This document shows positions 10,618 through 20,096 of a stretch of DNA of 64,000 nucleotides, piece by piece. This stretch comes from Gammaproteobacteria bacterium (GTDB taxonomy: Bacteria; Pseudomonadota; Gammaproteobacteria; Eutrophobiales; Eutrophobiaceae), in the NCBI GenBank assembly GCA_030829955.1, contig JAURNY010000026.1:516-64515 (forward strand). The letters run 5' to 3'. The position numbers and the translations under genes are program-made. Under the pieces are notes generated by a model. It had not been told where the DNA came from and did not search any database. It saw nothing but the letters and a program-made list of their open reading frames with translations. Numbering within the stretch: the first letter of the stretch is position 1; every line of letters begins with the position of its first letter.

Positions 10618-10655
10618 TAGTTATGTTATACATTATCCAGCAGAAGGAGACACGT

Positions 10656-11486
10656 ATGTATCAAACATTAATCAGTTGTCAGAAATTACACGATAATCTA
10701 CTCAATAGAGACTGGTTGGTTTGTGATTGCCGTTATGATTTGCAAAATAAAGCAGCAGGACATACAGCATATCAACAAAACCATATACTCGGGGCTATTT
10801 ATCTTGATTTGCATGATGATTTGAGTGGTCCACCTGTTACAAATAGAGGTAGACATCCTTTGCCCACCAATGACTCCATAGCAGCCTTATTTTGCCGCTT
10901 AGGAATAACACCTGAAACACAGGTGGTTGTTTACGATGACATGTCAGGTTCATTTGCTGCAAGAATGTGGTGGATGCTAAAGCACATGAATCATGATGCA
11001 GTTGCCGTACTAGATGGTGGCTGGCAGGCGTGGTTAGCAGGAAATTATGATACGACAGCTGTCGAAAGTAGCAGAACTCCATGTGAATTAATTTACAAAG
11101 CCAAATCTGGTGATGTCGCACTAATGGATGATGTTGCAAAAGTATCATTATTAATCGATTCAAGAGACGGCGCACGATACCGTGGTGAAATTGAGCCGAT
11201 AGATAAGGCTGCCGGCCATATACCCGGTGCCAAACACCGTTTTTGGAAAGAAAACCTCACTGAAGAGGGAGTATTCAAGTCTGCTGAAGAGTTGCATAAA
11301 GAATGGAAAACTCTATTAGGTGATATGTCTAGTGATGAAGCGGTTGTTTATTGTGGTTCAGGAGTGACGGCATGTCATAACCTATTGGCGGCATTTCATG
11401 CTGGTTTAGCCATGCCGAGATTGTATGCTGGTTCGTGGAGCGAATGGAGTAGTTTTCTCGATAATCCTGTAGCTACGAGTAAATGA
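10656..11486 (+). CDS. sseA: Sulfurtransferase (rhodanese, SseA-like); likely start 10656
   Basis: GRHPLP, AARMWW, LDGG, AGHIPGA, YCGSGVTAC, YAGSWSEW; AAGGAG RBS before ATG 10656. Confidence 0.9.
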   Translation: MYQTLISCQKLHDNLLNRDWLVCDCRYDLQNKAAGHTAYQQNHILGAIYLDLHDDLSGPPVTNRGRHPLPTNDSIAALFCRLGITPETQVVVYDDMSGSFAARMWWMLKHMNHDAVAVLDGGWQAWLAGNYDTTAVESSRTPCELIYKAKSGDVALMDDVAKVSLLIDSRDGARYRGEIEPIDKAAGHIPGAKHRFWKENLTEEGVFKSAEELHKEWKTLLGDMSSDEAVVYCGSGVTACHNLLAAFHAGLAMPRLYAGSWSEWSSFLDNPVATSK

Positions 11487-11560
11487 GTAATAATTAACTA
11501 TAGTTTGATTAACTAGGTCTTTATAATGTCCGACTTTTGAGCTTATAATTTGGCAAATTT

Positions 11561-13405
11561 ATGTTTAAATTCACTCGATTAGCAGTATTTTTTCTATATA
11601 TTTCAATAGCTTATGCGGAAGATGTTGAAAAGGCTGTAACGCTAGATCAAGTTCAAGAAAATGTAGAAGTAGTCGAGAATACGGTTGAAAGCATAGATGG
11701 AGCAATATCTGATCATATGCAGGATGTACATTTTGATTATGTATCAGAAGAAGATATGTTCGCTGATGATCTTAACACCTCCTTATTAAAAGATGTTTTT
11801 CTGGTGCTTGATAACTCCGGCAGCATGAAAAAAAATGACCCTAGTTTTCTGGTCAGTGAGGCAGTCAAGGAATTTATCAGTCAACAAGATAATAATACAC
11901 GCGTTGGCATAGTAATCTTCGATCAATCCGCAATTTTGCCAGTTCCACTAACTGAGGCTTCTTTTAGTAATCGTGTAAATATTCTTAATAGTCTTAAAGA
12001 AATCGACTACAAAGGTTTGTTTACTGATAGTCCTGCCGGTATCGAGCGTGCTATTTATGAATTAAAAAATAATGGCAGAGAGGAAGCTGAGAGATCAATT
12101 ATTTTTATGACTGATGGCATCGTTGATACTGGTGATGCCGAAAAAGATATTGAGAAAGCCAAATGGTTGCGTGAAGATCTTGCGCCTGATGCCGCAGATA
12201 ATGATATTAAAATATTTGGTATAGCTTTTACTGAAGCCGCTGATTTTCAATTGATACAATCAATCGCACAAAAGTCTGACGGTGAATATTATCGAGTTTT
12301 AAAGGCAAAAGATCTTAAAGGTGTTTTTCATCGAATAGATAAGATTATAAATGAACCGCCGGAAGTAGATATGTCTCCTCAGCTAACAGCGATAGTACAA
12401 ACTATTGTTGCGCCAGCGGAACCTGTTGTAAAAGCTCCATCCCTACCGCCGGTTATTATCGAAGTACCAAATAAAAATATGGGTGAAGAAGAACGTATTC
12501 GTTCAATGATACTCATTGCTGCCACCATTGTTTTGAGTATTACTCTACTTGCCATTTTATTTGTATTGATCCGTCGCAATAAGGAGATAAAGTCAGTTCA
12601 ACAAACTACTTTTCAAGATGCTTTTATAAATGATATTTCTGGAAAAACAGACAAACAGTCACACCAGCTTGGCACCAAACCTACTATGTTTGGACGAATA
12701 GCAGGTCAGGATGTCGAGCATCTAAATTATATTGTTGTTAATGAATCGACTATCGGTCGTCGTCATGCATTGGTTGAATACAGGGGTTACTCATTCTGGA
12801 TAATTGATCAGGGTAGCATTAATGGGACATATGTTAATGGTGAACAGGTTAAGACTGAAGCAAGACTTAAACATGGTGATAAGATTCAATTGCATCGTTG
12901 TGAATTTGAATTTGTTATGCCAGAGATGGAAGATAGCGGTATGACGGTTATTTCTAATACCGTATTTGCAGGCAGGAGTCATGACGACTCTGAAGAAGCA
13001 ACAGTAATGAAAGCATCTCATGAGACAGCAGGTGAGCTGAGTGATTTTGAAAGAAAAAGCATAACTGAATCGGATATGGACTTTGATTTAACCGGACCTA
13101 TTGATCTTGCAGAAGATGATTTATTAGATTTAGCTGGGCCTGAAGATGATATCAAGTTAACAGAGAAAGAACCCGAGTTTATTATGGATGATGATGAATT
13201 AAGTGAAGATGAGACTATCAAGTTTATTATGGATGATGATGAATTAAGTGAAGATGAGACTATCAAGTTTATTATGGATGATGATGAATTAAGTGAAGAT
13301 GAAACTATCATGATGGACGATGATGACGATGCCACATTAATGCCTGGTGATGAAGATGAAGATTTTCGAACCAGTGATGAAACTTTACGTAAGTATGAGC
13401 ATTAA
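11561..13405 (+). CDS. Signal peptide-vWA-TM-FHA protein with acidic repeat tail
   Basis: VLDNSGSM, FMTDG (vWA MIDAS); Pro-rich linker; TM ILIAATIVLSITLLAILFVLI followed by RR; FHA FGR...IGRRHA...GSINGTYVNG; D/E-rich tail. Confidence 0.85.
   Translation: MFKFTRLAVFFLYISIAYAEDVEKAVTLDQVQENVEVVENTVESIDGAISDHMQDVHFDYVSEEDMFADDLNTSLLKDVFLVLDNSGSMKKNDPSFLVSEAVKEFISQQDNNTRVGIVIFDQSAILPVPLTEASFSNRVNILNSLKEIDYKGLFTDSPAGIERAIYELKNNGREEAERSIIFMTDGIVDTGDAEKDIEKAKWLREDLAPDAADNDIKIFGIAFTEAADFQLIQSIAQKSDGEYYRVLKAKDLKGVFHRIDKIINEPPEVDMSPQLTAIVQTIVAPAEPVVKAPSLPPVIIEVPNKNMGEEERIRSMILIAATIVLSITLLAILFVLIRRNKEIKSVQQTTFQDAFINDISGKTDKQSHQLGTKPTMFGRIAGQDVEHLNYIVVNESTIGRRHALVEYRGYSFWIIDQGSINGTYVNGEQVKTEARLKHGDKIQLHRCEFEFVMPEMEDSGMTVISNTVFAGRSHDDSEEATVMKASHETAGELSDFERKSITESDMDFDLTGPIDLAEDDLLDLAGPEDDIKLTEKEPEFIMDDDELSEDETIKFIMDDDELSEDETIKFIMDDDELSEDETIMMDDDDDATLMPGDEDEDFRTSDETLRKYEH
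13176..13310 (+). repeat. 3 x 45-bp in-frame tandem repeat (FIMDDDELSEDETIK)
   Basis: Unit AGTTTATTATGGATGATGATGAATTAAGTGAAGATGAGACTATCA at 13176, 13221 and 13266 (third copy has one synonymous G>A change). Confidence 0.95.
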
Positions 13406-13462
13406 CATCTGCCTTCAGTTTTCTGACCTTGTTAAAGCAATCATCTAAATATTTCTATCAAT

Positions 13463-14440
13463 ATGAGTGAATGGCATACACGATTATTTGAATTGATGGC
13501 CGATGGTCAATTTCACTCCGGCCAACAACTTGCCACTGACTTGGCAGTCTCTCGAACAGCTGTCTGGAAGTTTCTGCAACAATGTCGCGACTATGGTGTA
13601 GAGATTGAATCACGGCATGGATTAGGTTATCGATTAACACAAGCGATCAATTTGTTAGATAAACAACAGATTCTCGATGCCATGTCACGAACAGCAAGGC
13701 GTGATTGTCAGTCCATTACAATTTTACAAAAGATAGATTCGACCAATGATTATCTTGGAAAAAAGATTAAACAGCATGATATTAAAGGTGAGGTTGTTCT
13801 TGCTGAATATCAGACTAATGGACGTGGTCGACGGGGTAATCGATGGATATCACCATTTGCTAGTGGGATATTTTTATCATTAGCCTGGCGCATGGAAATA
13901 CCAAATGCCAATATTGGTTTGTTGTCTCTTTTCACAGGGGTTGCGGTTATACGTTGTTTACATTCATTAGGGATTCCGCAAGCTGGATTGAAATGGCCTA
14001 ATGATATTATTCTGCAAGATAAGAAACTTGCCGGTGTGTTGATCGACTTACATGGTGAAGCTAATGGCCCGATAAATATTATTATCGGGGTAGGCATGAA
14101 CTATCAACTTTCACCATCTGGCGAAAATCTGATAGACCAACCGGTAACAGGTATACAAGAACACTTAGGTAAAAATGTTTCCAGAAATGATATAGCAGCG
14201 AAATTAATCTCCGTATTGTTTACTATGCTGGATGATTTTAGTAAAGAGAGAGAGAAAACATTACTAGATGAATGGCGTAAATATGATACTTGTCGAGGTC
14301 GAGCTGTAACCTTGTATCAGGCGGATAAAAAGGTCAGTGGATATATGCAGGGCATTAATGAACAAGGACATGTTTTGATAGAAGCTAATAATTCAGTGAC
14401 TTCTTATGCTAGTGGCGAAGTTAGTTTGCGTGCTAATTAA
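13463..14440 (+). CDS. birA: Bifunctional biotin-protein ligase/repressor
   Basis: HSGQQLA..VSRTAVWK HTH, QTNGRGRRG, LKWPND, KLAGVL. Confidence 0.95.
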   Translation: MSEWHTRLFELMADGQFHSGQQLATDLAVSRTAVWKFLQQCRDYGVEIESRHGLGYRLTQAINLLDKQQILDAMSRTARRDCQSITILQKIDSTNDYLGKKIKQHDIKGEVVLAEYQTNGRGRRGNRWISPFASGIFLSLAWRMEIPNANIGLLSLFTGVAVIRCLHSLGIPQAGLKWPNDIILQDKKLAGVLIDLHGEANGPINIIIGVGMNYQLSPSGENLIDQPVTGIQEHLGKNVSRNDIAAKLISVLFTMLDDFSKEREKTLLDEWRKYDTCRGRAVTLYQADKKVSGYMQGINEQGHVLIEANNSVTSYASGEVSLRAN

Positions 14441-15177
14441 TGAGACTTTTACTGGATATTGGCAATACTACTATTGCCTGGGCGTTAAAGGAAAAAGATA
14501 TCTTTCAGTCTTCAGGGCGTTTTTTTTATCAGCATGTCTCTATAATAGATGATGTTAATAAACACCTTGGAAATCTTGATGCTCCTGAACAAGTCTTGAT
14601 CTCTAGTGTTATTCGCGAAGAAAACCTTATTCAATGGATAAAACTCCAATGGCAGTGTGATGTCTGGCAGGCTAAAACATCAAGTGTCTTTGCAGAATTA
14701 AAAAACAGTTATCCTAAACCTGAACAAATGGGGATAGATCGTTGGTTGGCTATGATTTCCGCATGGAATGAATTTAAAACCGAACTATGTGTGATCGATT
14801 GTGGTACTGCCATGACTATTGACCTGATTGATACAAATGGACAACATAAAGGAGGCTATATTTTACCTGGTTTGCAAATGATGCAATCACAGATTAATCA
14901 GGGAACTGATCGTATTAGTGTAGATGTAGCTAGTACTGGACAGCTTTTTCCAGCGAACAACACCAAAACGGCAATTAATCATGGCGCAATACTCGGAATG
15001 GTTGCATCAGTCGAATATGTTCACAGACATTTAATGAATAACATGGGTAGTAACAGGCAATCTATTATTACTGGTGGAGATGCGCCTGAAATCATTAAAC
15101 ATAGTGATATTAAAATGATTTACAGACCTTTGTTAGTACTGGAAGGTTTGTCTATATTGGGTGACAAAGCGTCATGA
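14440..15177 (+). CDS. coaX: Type III pantothenate kinase
   Basis: LDIGNT, MGIDRW, IDCGTAMTID, GGYILPG, ITGGDA. Confidence 0.95.
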   Translation: MRLLLDIGNTTIAWALKEKDIFQSSGRFFYQHVSIIDDVNKHLGNLDAPEQVLISSVIREENLIQWIKLQWQCDVWQAKTSSVFAELKNSYPKPEQMGIDRWLAMISAWNEFKTELCVIDCGTAMTIDLIDTNGQHKGGYILPGLQMMQSQINQGTDRISVDVASTGQLFPANNTKTAINHGAILGMVASVEYVHRHLMNNMGSNRQSIITGGDAPEIIKHSDIKMIYRPLLVLEGLSILGDKAS

Positions 15178-15367
15178 AGTGTCTATTGATTATTTTGCTT
15201 TTATTAAATGCTGCATACCTCGCCTGGAAAATGGATAGAGAAACTAGACAATATATGAATTATAAAAATAGTGCTTTTCGTATTTCTTCAACAACCAATT
15301 AAAATTGTTATCAGAATTACTGTCATCGCCTGAGTACAGGCAAGTATCAACTGAAACAAGTCAATGA
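15174..15367 (+). pseudogene. Frameshifted remnant of the membrane-anchored SPOR-domain gene that usually follows coaX
   Basis: MKCLLIILLLLNAAYLAWK..., frameshift near 15296 to QLKLLSEL..., TGA at 15365; position after coaX. Confidence 0.6.
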
Positions 15368-15637
15368 ACTAATGTTATTGCGAGAATGCTGGATATACCG
15401 ATTGATATTAATCCTTATCGTGAAAATATGATGAACTTGCTTATTAACTCGGAAGACGGTTTGAAAATGTACTATGAATTTCTTGATCGAAATGGAGCTT
15501 TGCCTGAAGAGTTGTTCATCGGTATTCCTGTCCGTTTTAAGGCCGCACCTATCCGATAAAATTGCTATGTAGCGGTGAAATCCATTAGAATAGCAACGTC
15601 GTAGGTTTTGTTGTCGTGTACTGAATCGATATTAGTT

Positions 15638-15711
15638 GCCCCGATAGTTAAATGGTATAACCGTTGATTTGTAATCATCAATTGGGGGTTCGATTCCCTC
15701 TCGGGGCTCCA
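15638..15711 (+). tRNA. tRNA-Thr(UGU)
   Basis: Acceptor GCCCCGA/TCGGGGC, D-stem GTTA/TAAC, anticodon loop TT-TGT-AA (15668-15674), T-loop TTCGATT, encoded CCA. Confidence 0.9.
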
Positions 15712-15735
15712 TCCTTTAGAACTATTGATACATCC

Positions 15736-16052
15736 ATGAGCTTAAAAAACTAATCTATTCAATATTATTTCTAGTATTCCTCCAGATGACTACTGCACAA
15801 GCTGAAGATTATGGTGATACTCAAAACTTATTCCAAGTCAGGATTTTAGCAAGACTCTGAAATTAAATTAAGGTTGTTAGTACGAAACAGTGATGATATT
15901 TAACTTTATTTTCTTAAAGTACTAATATTAACCCTTTTGGGTAGAATGCCTAAGGTAGAAGTTGTTCTTGCCGAACTGACTAAACAAAATCTTCGATTAC
16001 CGGAATCATATAATAATCTTGTGGTTGTTTAAGCTGCTAAGTATAAATATAG
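15736..16052 (+). pseudogene. Decayed secreted tetratricopeptide-repeat protein
   Basis: Fragments LKKLIYSILFLVFLQMTTAQAEDYGD... and FLKVLILTLLGR...ELTKQNLRLPESYNNLVVV*, resembling the RFLKG.IL...LPEPYNNLAV TPR family. Confidence 0.7.
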
Positions 16053-17015
16053 TTATCGCATGAGATAATCTAGCATTATCCCAATAAATACGGTAAATCC
16101 AAACCAGTTATTATTCAAAAAAGCCTTAAAACAATTTTCTTTTTGCCGTTGCCAGATTAAACATAATTGATAAATAAAAAATCCGCAGCCAACAAATAAA
16201 CCCAAATAATATAGTCCGCCCATTTCGGCTCGTTTACCTGCCATTATCAGGGTAAATATTACCATGAACTGAATTATCGCTATGATGAAGCGATCGGCAT
16301 CATCGAGTAATATCGCAGTTGACTTAACACCTATCTTTAAATCGTCTTCACGGTCAACCATCGCATACATCGTATCATAGACTACAGACCAGAGAACATT
16401 AGCAATCAAAAGTATCCACGCTAACTCAGGTATTGCTCCCGTTTGTGCTGCGAAACCCATTGGTATGGCCCAGCCAAATGCTAGCCCCAGAACAAATTGT
16501 GGCAAATAAGTATGTCGTTTCATGAAAGGATAAACACCGGCAAGTAATACCGCTACAAATGCGAGTTGCACGGTAAATGTATTCATTGTCAGCACCAGTA
16601 GAAAGGCGATGAAGATTAGAGCGATAGCAATCAGTAATGCTTCTTTTGCGCCAATTTCTCCATTCGTTAAAGGTCGAGCTTCAGTACGGTTGATATGTTT
16701 ATCAATTTGTCGATCGGCAATATCATTTAGTACACAGCCGGCAGAACGCATCAATAATACACCTAGACAAAATACAATAAAGACTGAGCCATATGGTGGT
16801 CCTTCGGCAGCAAACCAAAGCCCCCAAAGAGTTGGCCAAAGTAGTAACAAGATTCCTATCGGTTTATCAAGTCTTGTCAGACGAGCATAAAGACAAAGCT
16901 TTTTATGTTGTGTTGGCCATTTGCTTTTAAGAGTTGCATTAATTTGTTGCCATAATGATCCAAGGTATTTTGTTGCTGAACTAAAATGACCTAATACGTT
17001 TTTAATTAAACTCAT
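16053..17015 (-). CDS. ubiA: 4-hydroxybenzoate polyprenyltransferase
   Basis: RLDKPIGILLLLWP, NDIADR, YDTMYAMVDREDD, AFLNNNW. Confidence 0.95.
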   Translation of the reverse strand: MSLIKNVLGHFSSATKYLGSLWQQINATLKSKWPTQHKKLCLYARLTRLDKPIGILLLLWPTLWGLWFAAEGPPYGSVFIVFCLGVLLMRSAGCVLNDIADRQIDKHINRTEARPLTNGEIGAKEALLIAIALIFIAFLLVLTMNTFTVQLAFVAVLLAGVYPFMKRHTYLPQFVLGLAFGWAIPMGFAAQTGAIPELAWILLIANVLWSVVYDTMYAMVDREDDLKIGVKSTAILLDDADRFIIAIIQFMVIFTLIMAGKRAEMGGLYYLGLFVGCGFFIYQLCLIWQRQKENCFKAFLNNNWFGFTVFIGIMLDYLMR

Positions 17016-17569
17016 GATTTAATACAATGCTCTATCTGTGGCAGGAAGAGTTCAAGAATCAATAGTGGTCTATCTTTAATAAAGAAAATAGATTGTCTTG
17101 TCCAAAATTCTGTCATTACCTGTTGCAGTTCTGTTACTTGATTTAACCATTCACATGCACTGGATATTTTTGCATATTGCATTGTGGCACGATAACCGGA
17201 AGTTTCAGAAAACAACAGTTCACCAAGAGGGCGATCACCCAGTGCTGAGAGTTGCTCAGCAATCAAGTCATGCGTTGGTTTTGGAATAATAGTACGAGCA
17301 AAGATCAGCTTTTCTGTATCGGATTTAAGCCAGGACAATCTGACGAGACTGACTTGATTTTTATCGATATTCAGTATTCCACATTCACTTTGAAAAGGCG
17401 CATTCCATGATTCTGAGATAATTTCCAGAGAAATGTCACTTTTACATCTGGATTGCAAATATCGCGTAAGTGAGCCATCATAAAATAAAACATCTTTGAG
17501 AATGTTTGTCCCTAATTCTGTTTCAGCTTTAGCTTTATTTAACCAGTTAATCTGCAATGGAGTTCTCAA
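17012..17569 (-). CDS. ubiC: Chorismate pyruvate-lyase
   Basis: GSLTRYL, FARTIIP, LGDRPLGELLF, ELFLP; adjacent to ubiA. Confidence 0.9.
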   Translation of the reverse strand: MRTPLQINWLNKAKAETELGTNILKDVLFYDGSLTRYLQSRCKSDISLEIISESWNAPFQSECGILNIDKNQVSLVRLSWLKSDTEKLIFARTIIPKPTHDLIAEQLSALGDRPLGELLFSETSGYRATMQYAKISSACEWLNQVTELQQVMTEFWTRQSIFFIKDRPLLILELFLPQIEHCIKS

Positions 17570-17574
17570 TTATG

Positions 17575-19668
17575 CTAAACATTTCCATAGTCAACATTAT
17601 TACCTACCCAGCGACGGATTAATAACTTAACGTTTTGCGGAAATTTTCTTTCCAGCATCTTCGCGCAACGTTGAATGTCAGGCAATAATTTTACGTCACG
17701 TATTAAATCAGCGATTTGCAAAGTGGGTAATCCGGCTTGTCGCGTTCCAAGTATTTCACCTGGCCCTCTTAACTCAAGATCTTTTTCTGCAATATAGAAA
17801 CCATCACTACTATAACGCATGGCTTCCAGTCTTTGCTTTGCCATGTCACTTAAAGGAGCCTGATACATTAATATACAATTACTTTTTTGGTCGCCTCGAC
17901 CCACTCTACCTCTTAACTGGTGTAGTTGGGACAGTCCGAGTCTTTCAGCATTTTCTATAATCATTAAATTAGCATTGGGCACATCGACACCCACTTCAAT
18001 AACTGTCGTAGCGACAAGCAAATCGATTTTTGCTTCTTTAAACTTACGCATGATACGTTCTTTCTCATCACTCTTCATGCGTCCATGGATTAATCCAACT
18101 GAGAGATTATTTAATTTTTCAGATAATGTCTCATAGGTTGCTATAGCTGTTTCGCATTGCAGGTTTTCAGATTCTTCTATCAATGTACATACCCAGTAAA
18201 CCTGTCGCTTATCCTGACAGGTATCTTCAATTCTTTCTATTATCTCTTCACGGCGTTGATTGGAAATGACACTAGTGGTTACTGCCTGTCTATTGGGTGG
18301 AAGTTCATCAATTACGGTATGGTCCAGATCGGCATAGGCTGTCATGGTGAGAGTTCTGGGAATCGGTGTTGCCGTCATAATCAGTTGATGCGGTAAATAA
18401 GTTTGATTTTGACCTTTTTCGAGCAAAGCCAAACGTTGATGAACGCCAAAGCGATGTTGTTCATCAATAATTATGAGTCCTAGTTTGCCAAATTTAACTG
18501 ATTCCTGAAATAAAGCATGTGTTCCAACTACTAGTAAAGGTGTTTGAGTTGCCAGATTTTCCAATGTTTTTTCTTTTTCTGATTTCTTTAATTTGCCAGA
18601 TAAAAAACAAGTGGTAATCCTAAGTGGTTCAAACCAGCTTTTAAAATTGGCATAGTGTTGTTCAGCCAATAATTCTGTCGGACTCATGATGGCTACCTGA
18701 AATCCGCTTTCCAAAGCCTTTAAAGCGGATAGTGCCGCAACAACCGTTTTACCAGAGCCGACATCACCTTGTACCAGACGTAGCATGGATAAGGATTGCT
18801 GCATGTCTTTTTCAATGGCGCTATAGGCATTTTGTTGTGCTTTAGTTAATTGAAAAGGCAAGGCAGCTAAAAAATCGGAGACTAATTCCTTGCTCGCAGG
18901 GAAAGGGAATGATTGTTCTGTTCGCAATTTTTTTCTAAGTTCTAATAAACTTAATTGATGTGCTAATAATTCCTCAAATGCAAGACGTATCTGAGCGGGA
19001 TGAGCCTTCTCAAGAAGACTATTTAAGTTTGCATCCGGTGGTGGACGATGCACATAGTCCAGTGCATCAGCTAGTCGTGGCAGATTGAGTTCATTCAATA
19101 TATTATCGGGCAATAATTCATTAAGACTGGATTTATCTGCGCGCAATTTAATGAGTGCCTGCTCACTTAGATTACGGAGTCGGTTTTGTTGTAAACCTTC
19201 GGTGATAGGGTAAACAGGGGTTAATTGTTCATCTAGCAAGGGCTCATCTCCTTCGCTAATATGACGATATTCCGGATGTACAATCTCCAGACTGCCTGGC
19301 CCACGTCTTACCTGACCAAAGCAACGCAAAACTTTTCCTTCCTGCATTGCCTGTTGCTGTGATTTAGAAAAATAAAAGAAACGTAATAATACAGCGCCTG
19401 TTCCATCAGTAATCTGGCAGAGCAGTGAGCGACGTTTACCATATTTGATTTGTGTTAATTCAATTTCACCTTGTATGTGTGCTTGCATCCCTGCTTTTAA
19501 AGCACCTATAGGTGTCAGTCTAGTTTTATCAACATAACGATATGGAAGATGAAAAAGTACGTCTTGTACCGTTCGAATTCCGATCTTAGCCAGTTTATTT
19601 TCCAGTGCCGGTCCAACGCCCGACAAAATTGATACCGGCTGTAGTATTGCAGATATATTATTATTCAC
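17575..19668 (-). CDS. recG: ATP-dependent DNA helicase RecG
   Basis: QGDVGSGKT, DEQHRFG, TATPIPRT, QLHQLRGRVGRG. Confidence 0.97.
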   Translation of the reverse strand: MNNNISAILQPVSILSGVGPALENKLAKIGIRTVQDVLFHLPYRYVDKTRLTPIGALKAGMQAHIQGEIELTQIKYGKRRSLLCQITDGTGAVLLRFFYFSKSQQQAMQEGKVLRCFGQVRRGPGSLEIVHPEYRHISEGDEPLLDEQLTPVYPITEGLQQNRLRNLSEQALIKLRADKSSLNELLPDNILNELNLPRLADALDYVHRPPPDANLNSLLEKAHPAQIRLAFEELLAHQLSLLELRKKLRTEQSFPFPASKELVSDFLAALPFQLTKAQQNAYSAIEKDMQQSLSMLRLVQGDVGSGKTVVAALSALKALESGFQVAIMSPTELLAEQHYANFKSWFEPLRITTCFLSGKLKKSEKEKTLENLATQTPLLVVGTHALFQESVKFGKLGLIIIDEQHRFGVHQRLALLEKGQNQTYLPHQLIMTATPIPRTLTMTAYADLDHTVIDELPPNRQAVTTSVISNQRREEIIERIEDTCQDKRQVYWVCTLIEESENLQCETAIATYETLSEKLNNLSVGLIHGRMKSDEKERIMRKFKEAKIDLLVATTVIEVGVDVPNANLMIIENAERLGLSQLHQLRGRVGRGDQKSNCILMYQAPLSDMAKQRLEAMRYSSDGFYIAEKDLELRGPGEILGTRQAGLPTLQIADLIRDVKLLPDIQRCAKMLERKFPQNVKLLIRRWVGNNVDYGNV

Positions 19669-19687
19669 TTAAAAGATTAAATATTGA

Positions 19688-20074
19688 TTACTCCACGAGC
19701 GTCATGATCGCATCCATTTCAACCTGAGCGCCTTTTGGCAGACTGGCAACACCGACTGCGGCCCTTGCGGGAAATGGTTCAGAAAAATACTGTGCCATTA
19801 TTTCATTTATCAGAGGGAAGTAGGTTAGGTCAGTTAAAAAAATATTTAATTTGCTAATATCATCAAGCGTTCCACCAGCTGCTTTACAAACTGATTGCAA
19901 GTTTGTGAAGACCTGATTTATCTGTGCTTGCATATCGCCCTCTACCAATTCCATTTTTTTAGGTACTAAAGGAATTTGTCCTGATAAATAAACAGTAGAT
20001 CCGACCTTTATTGCCTGGGAATAGGTGCCTATTGCCTGCGGAGCTTCACTAGTAGAGATAACTTCTTTTTTCAT
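19688..20074 (-). CDS. ridA: RidA family reactive-intermediate deaminase
   Basis: [30 protein letters not shown]. Confidence 0.92.
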   Translation of the reverse strand: MKKEVISTSEAPQAIGTYSQAIKVGSTVYLSGQIPLVPKKMELVEGDMQAQINQVFTNLQSVCKAAGGTLDDISKLNIFLTDLTYFPLINEIMAQYFSEPFPARAAVGVASLPKGAQVEMDAIMTLVE

Positions 20075-20096
20075 GTCTTTCCTCTGAATTGATTAA

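Noticed and set aside
13176-13310. 45-bp repeats as a CRISPR array
   Set aside because: Units are contiguous with no spacers, in frame inside a CDS, and no cas genes are present
11561-13405. vWA-FHA protein as the missing sortase target of the pds system
   Set aside because: No VIT domain and no C-terminal LPxT[GA]-TM signal; the TM is central and followed by a cytoplasmic FHA
15638-15711. Prophage or integrative element at the tRNA
   Set aside because: No integrase or phage genes, and I saw no duplicated tRNA 3' end in the window
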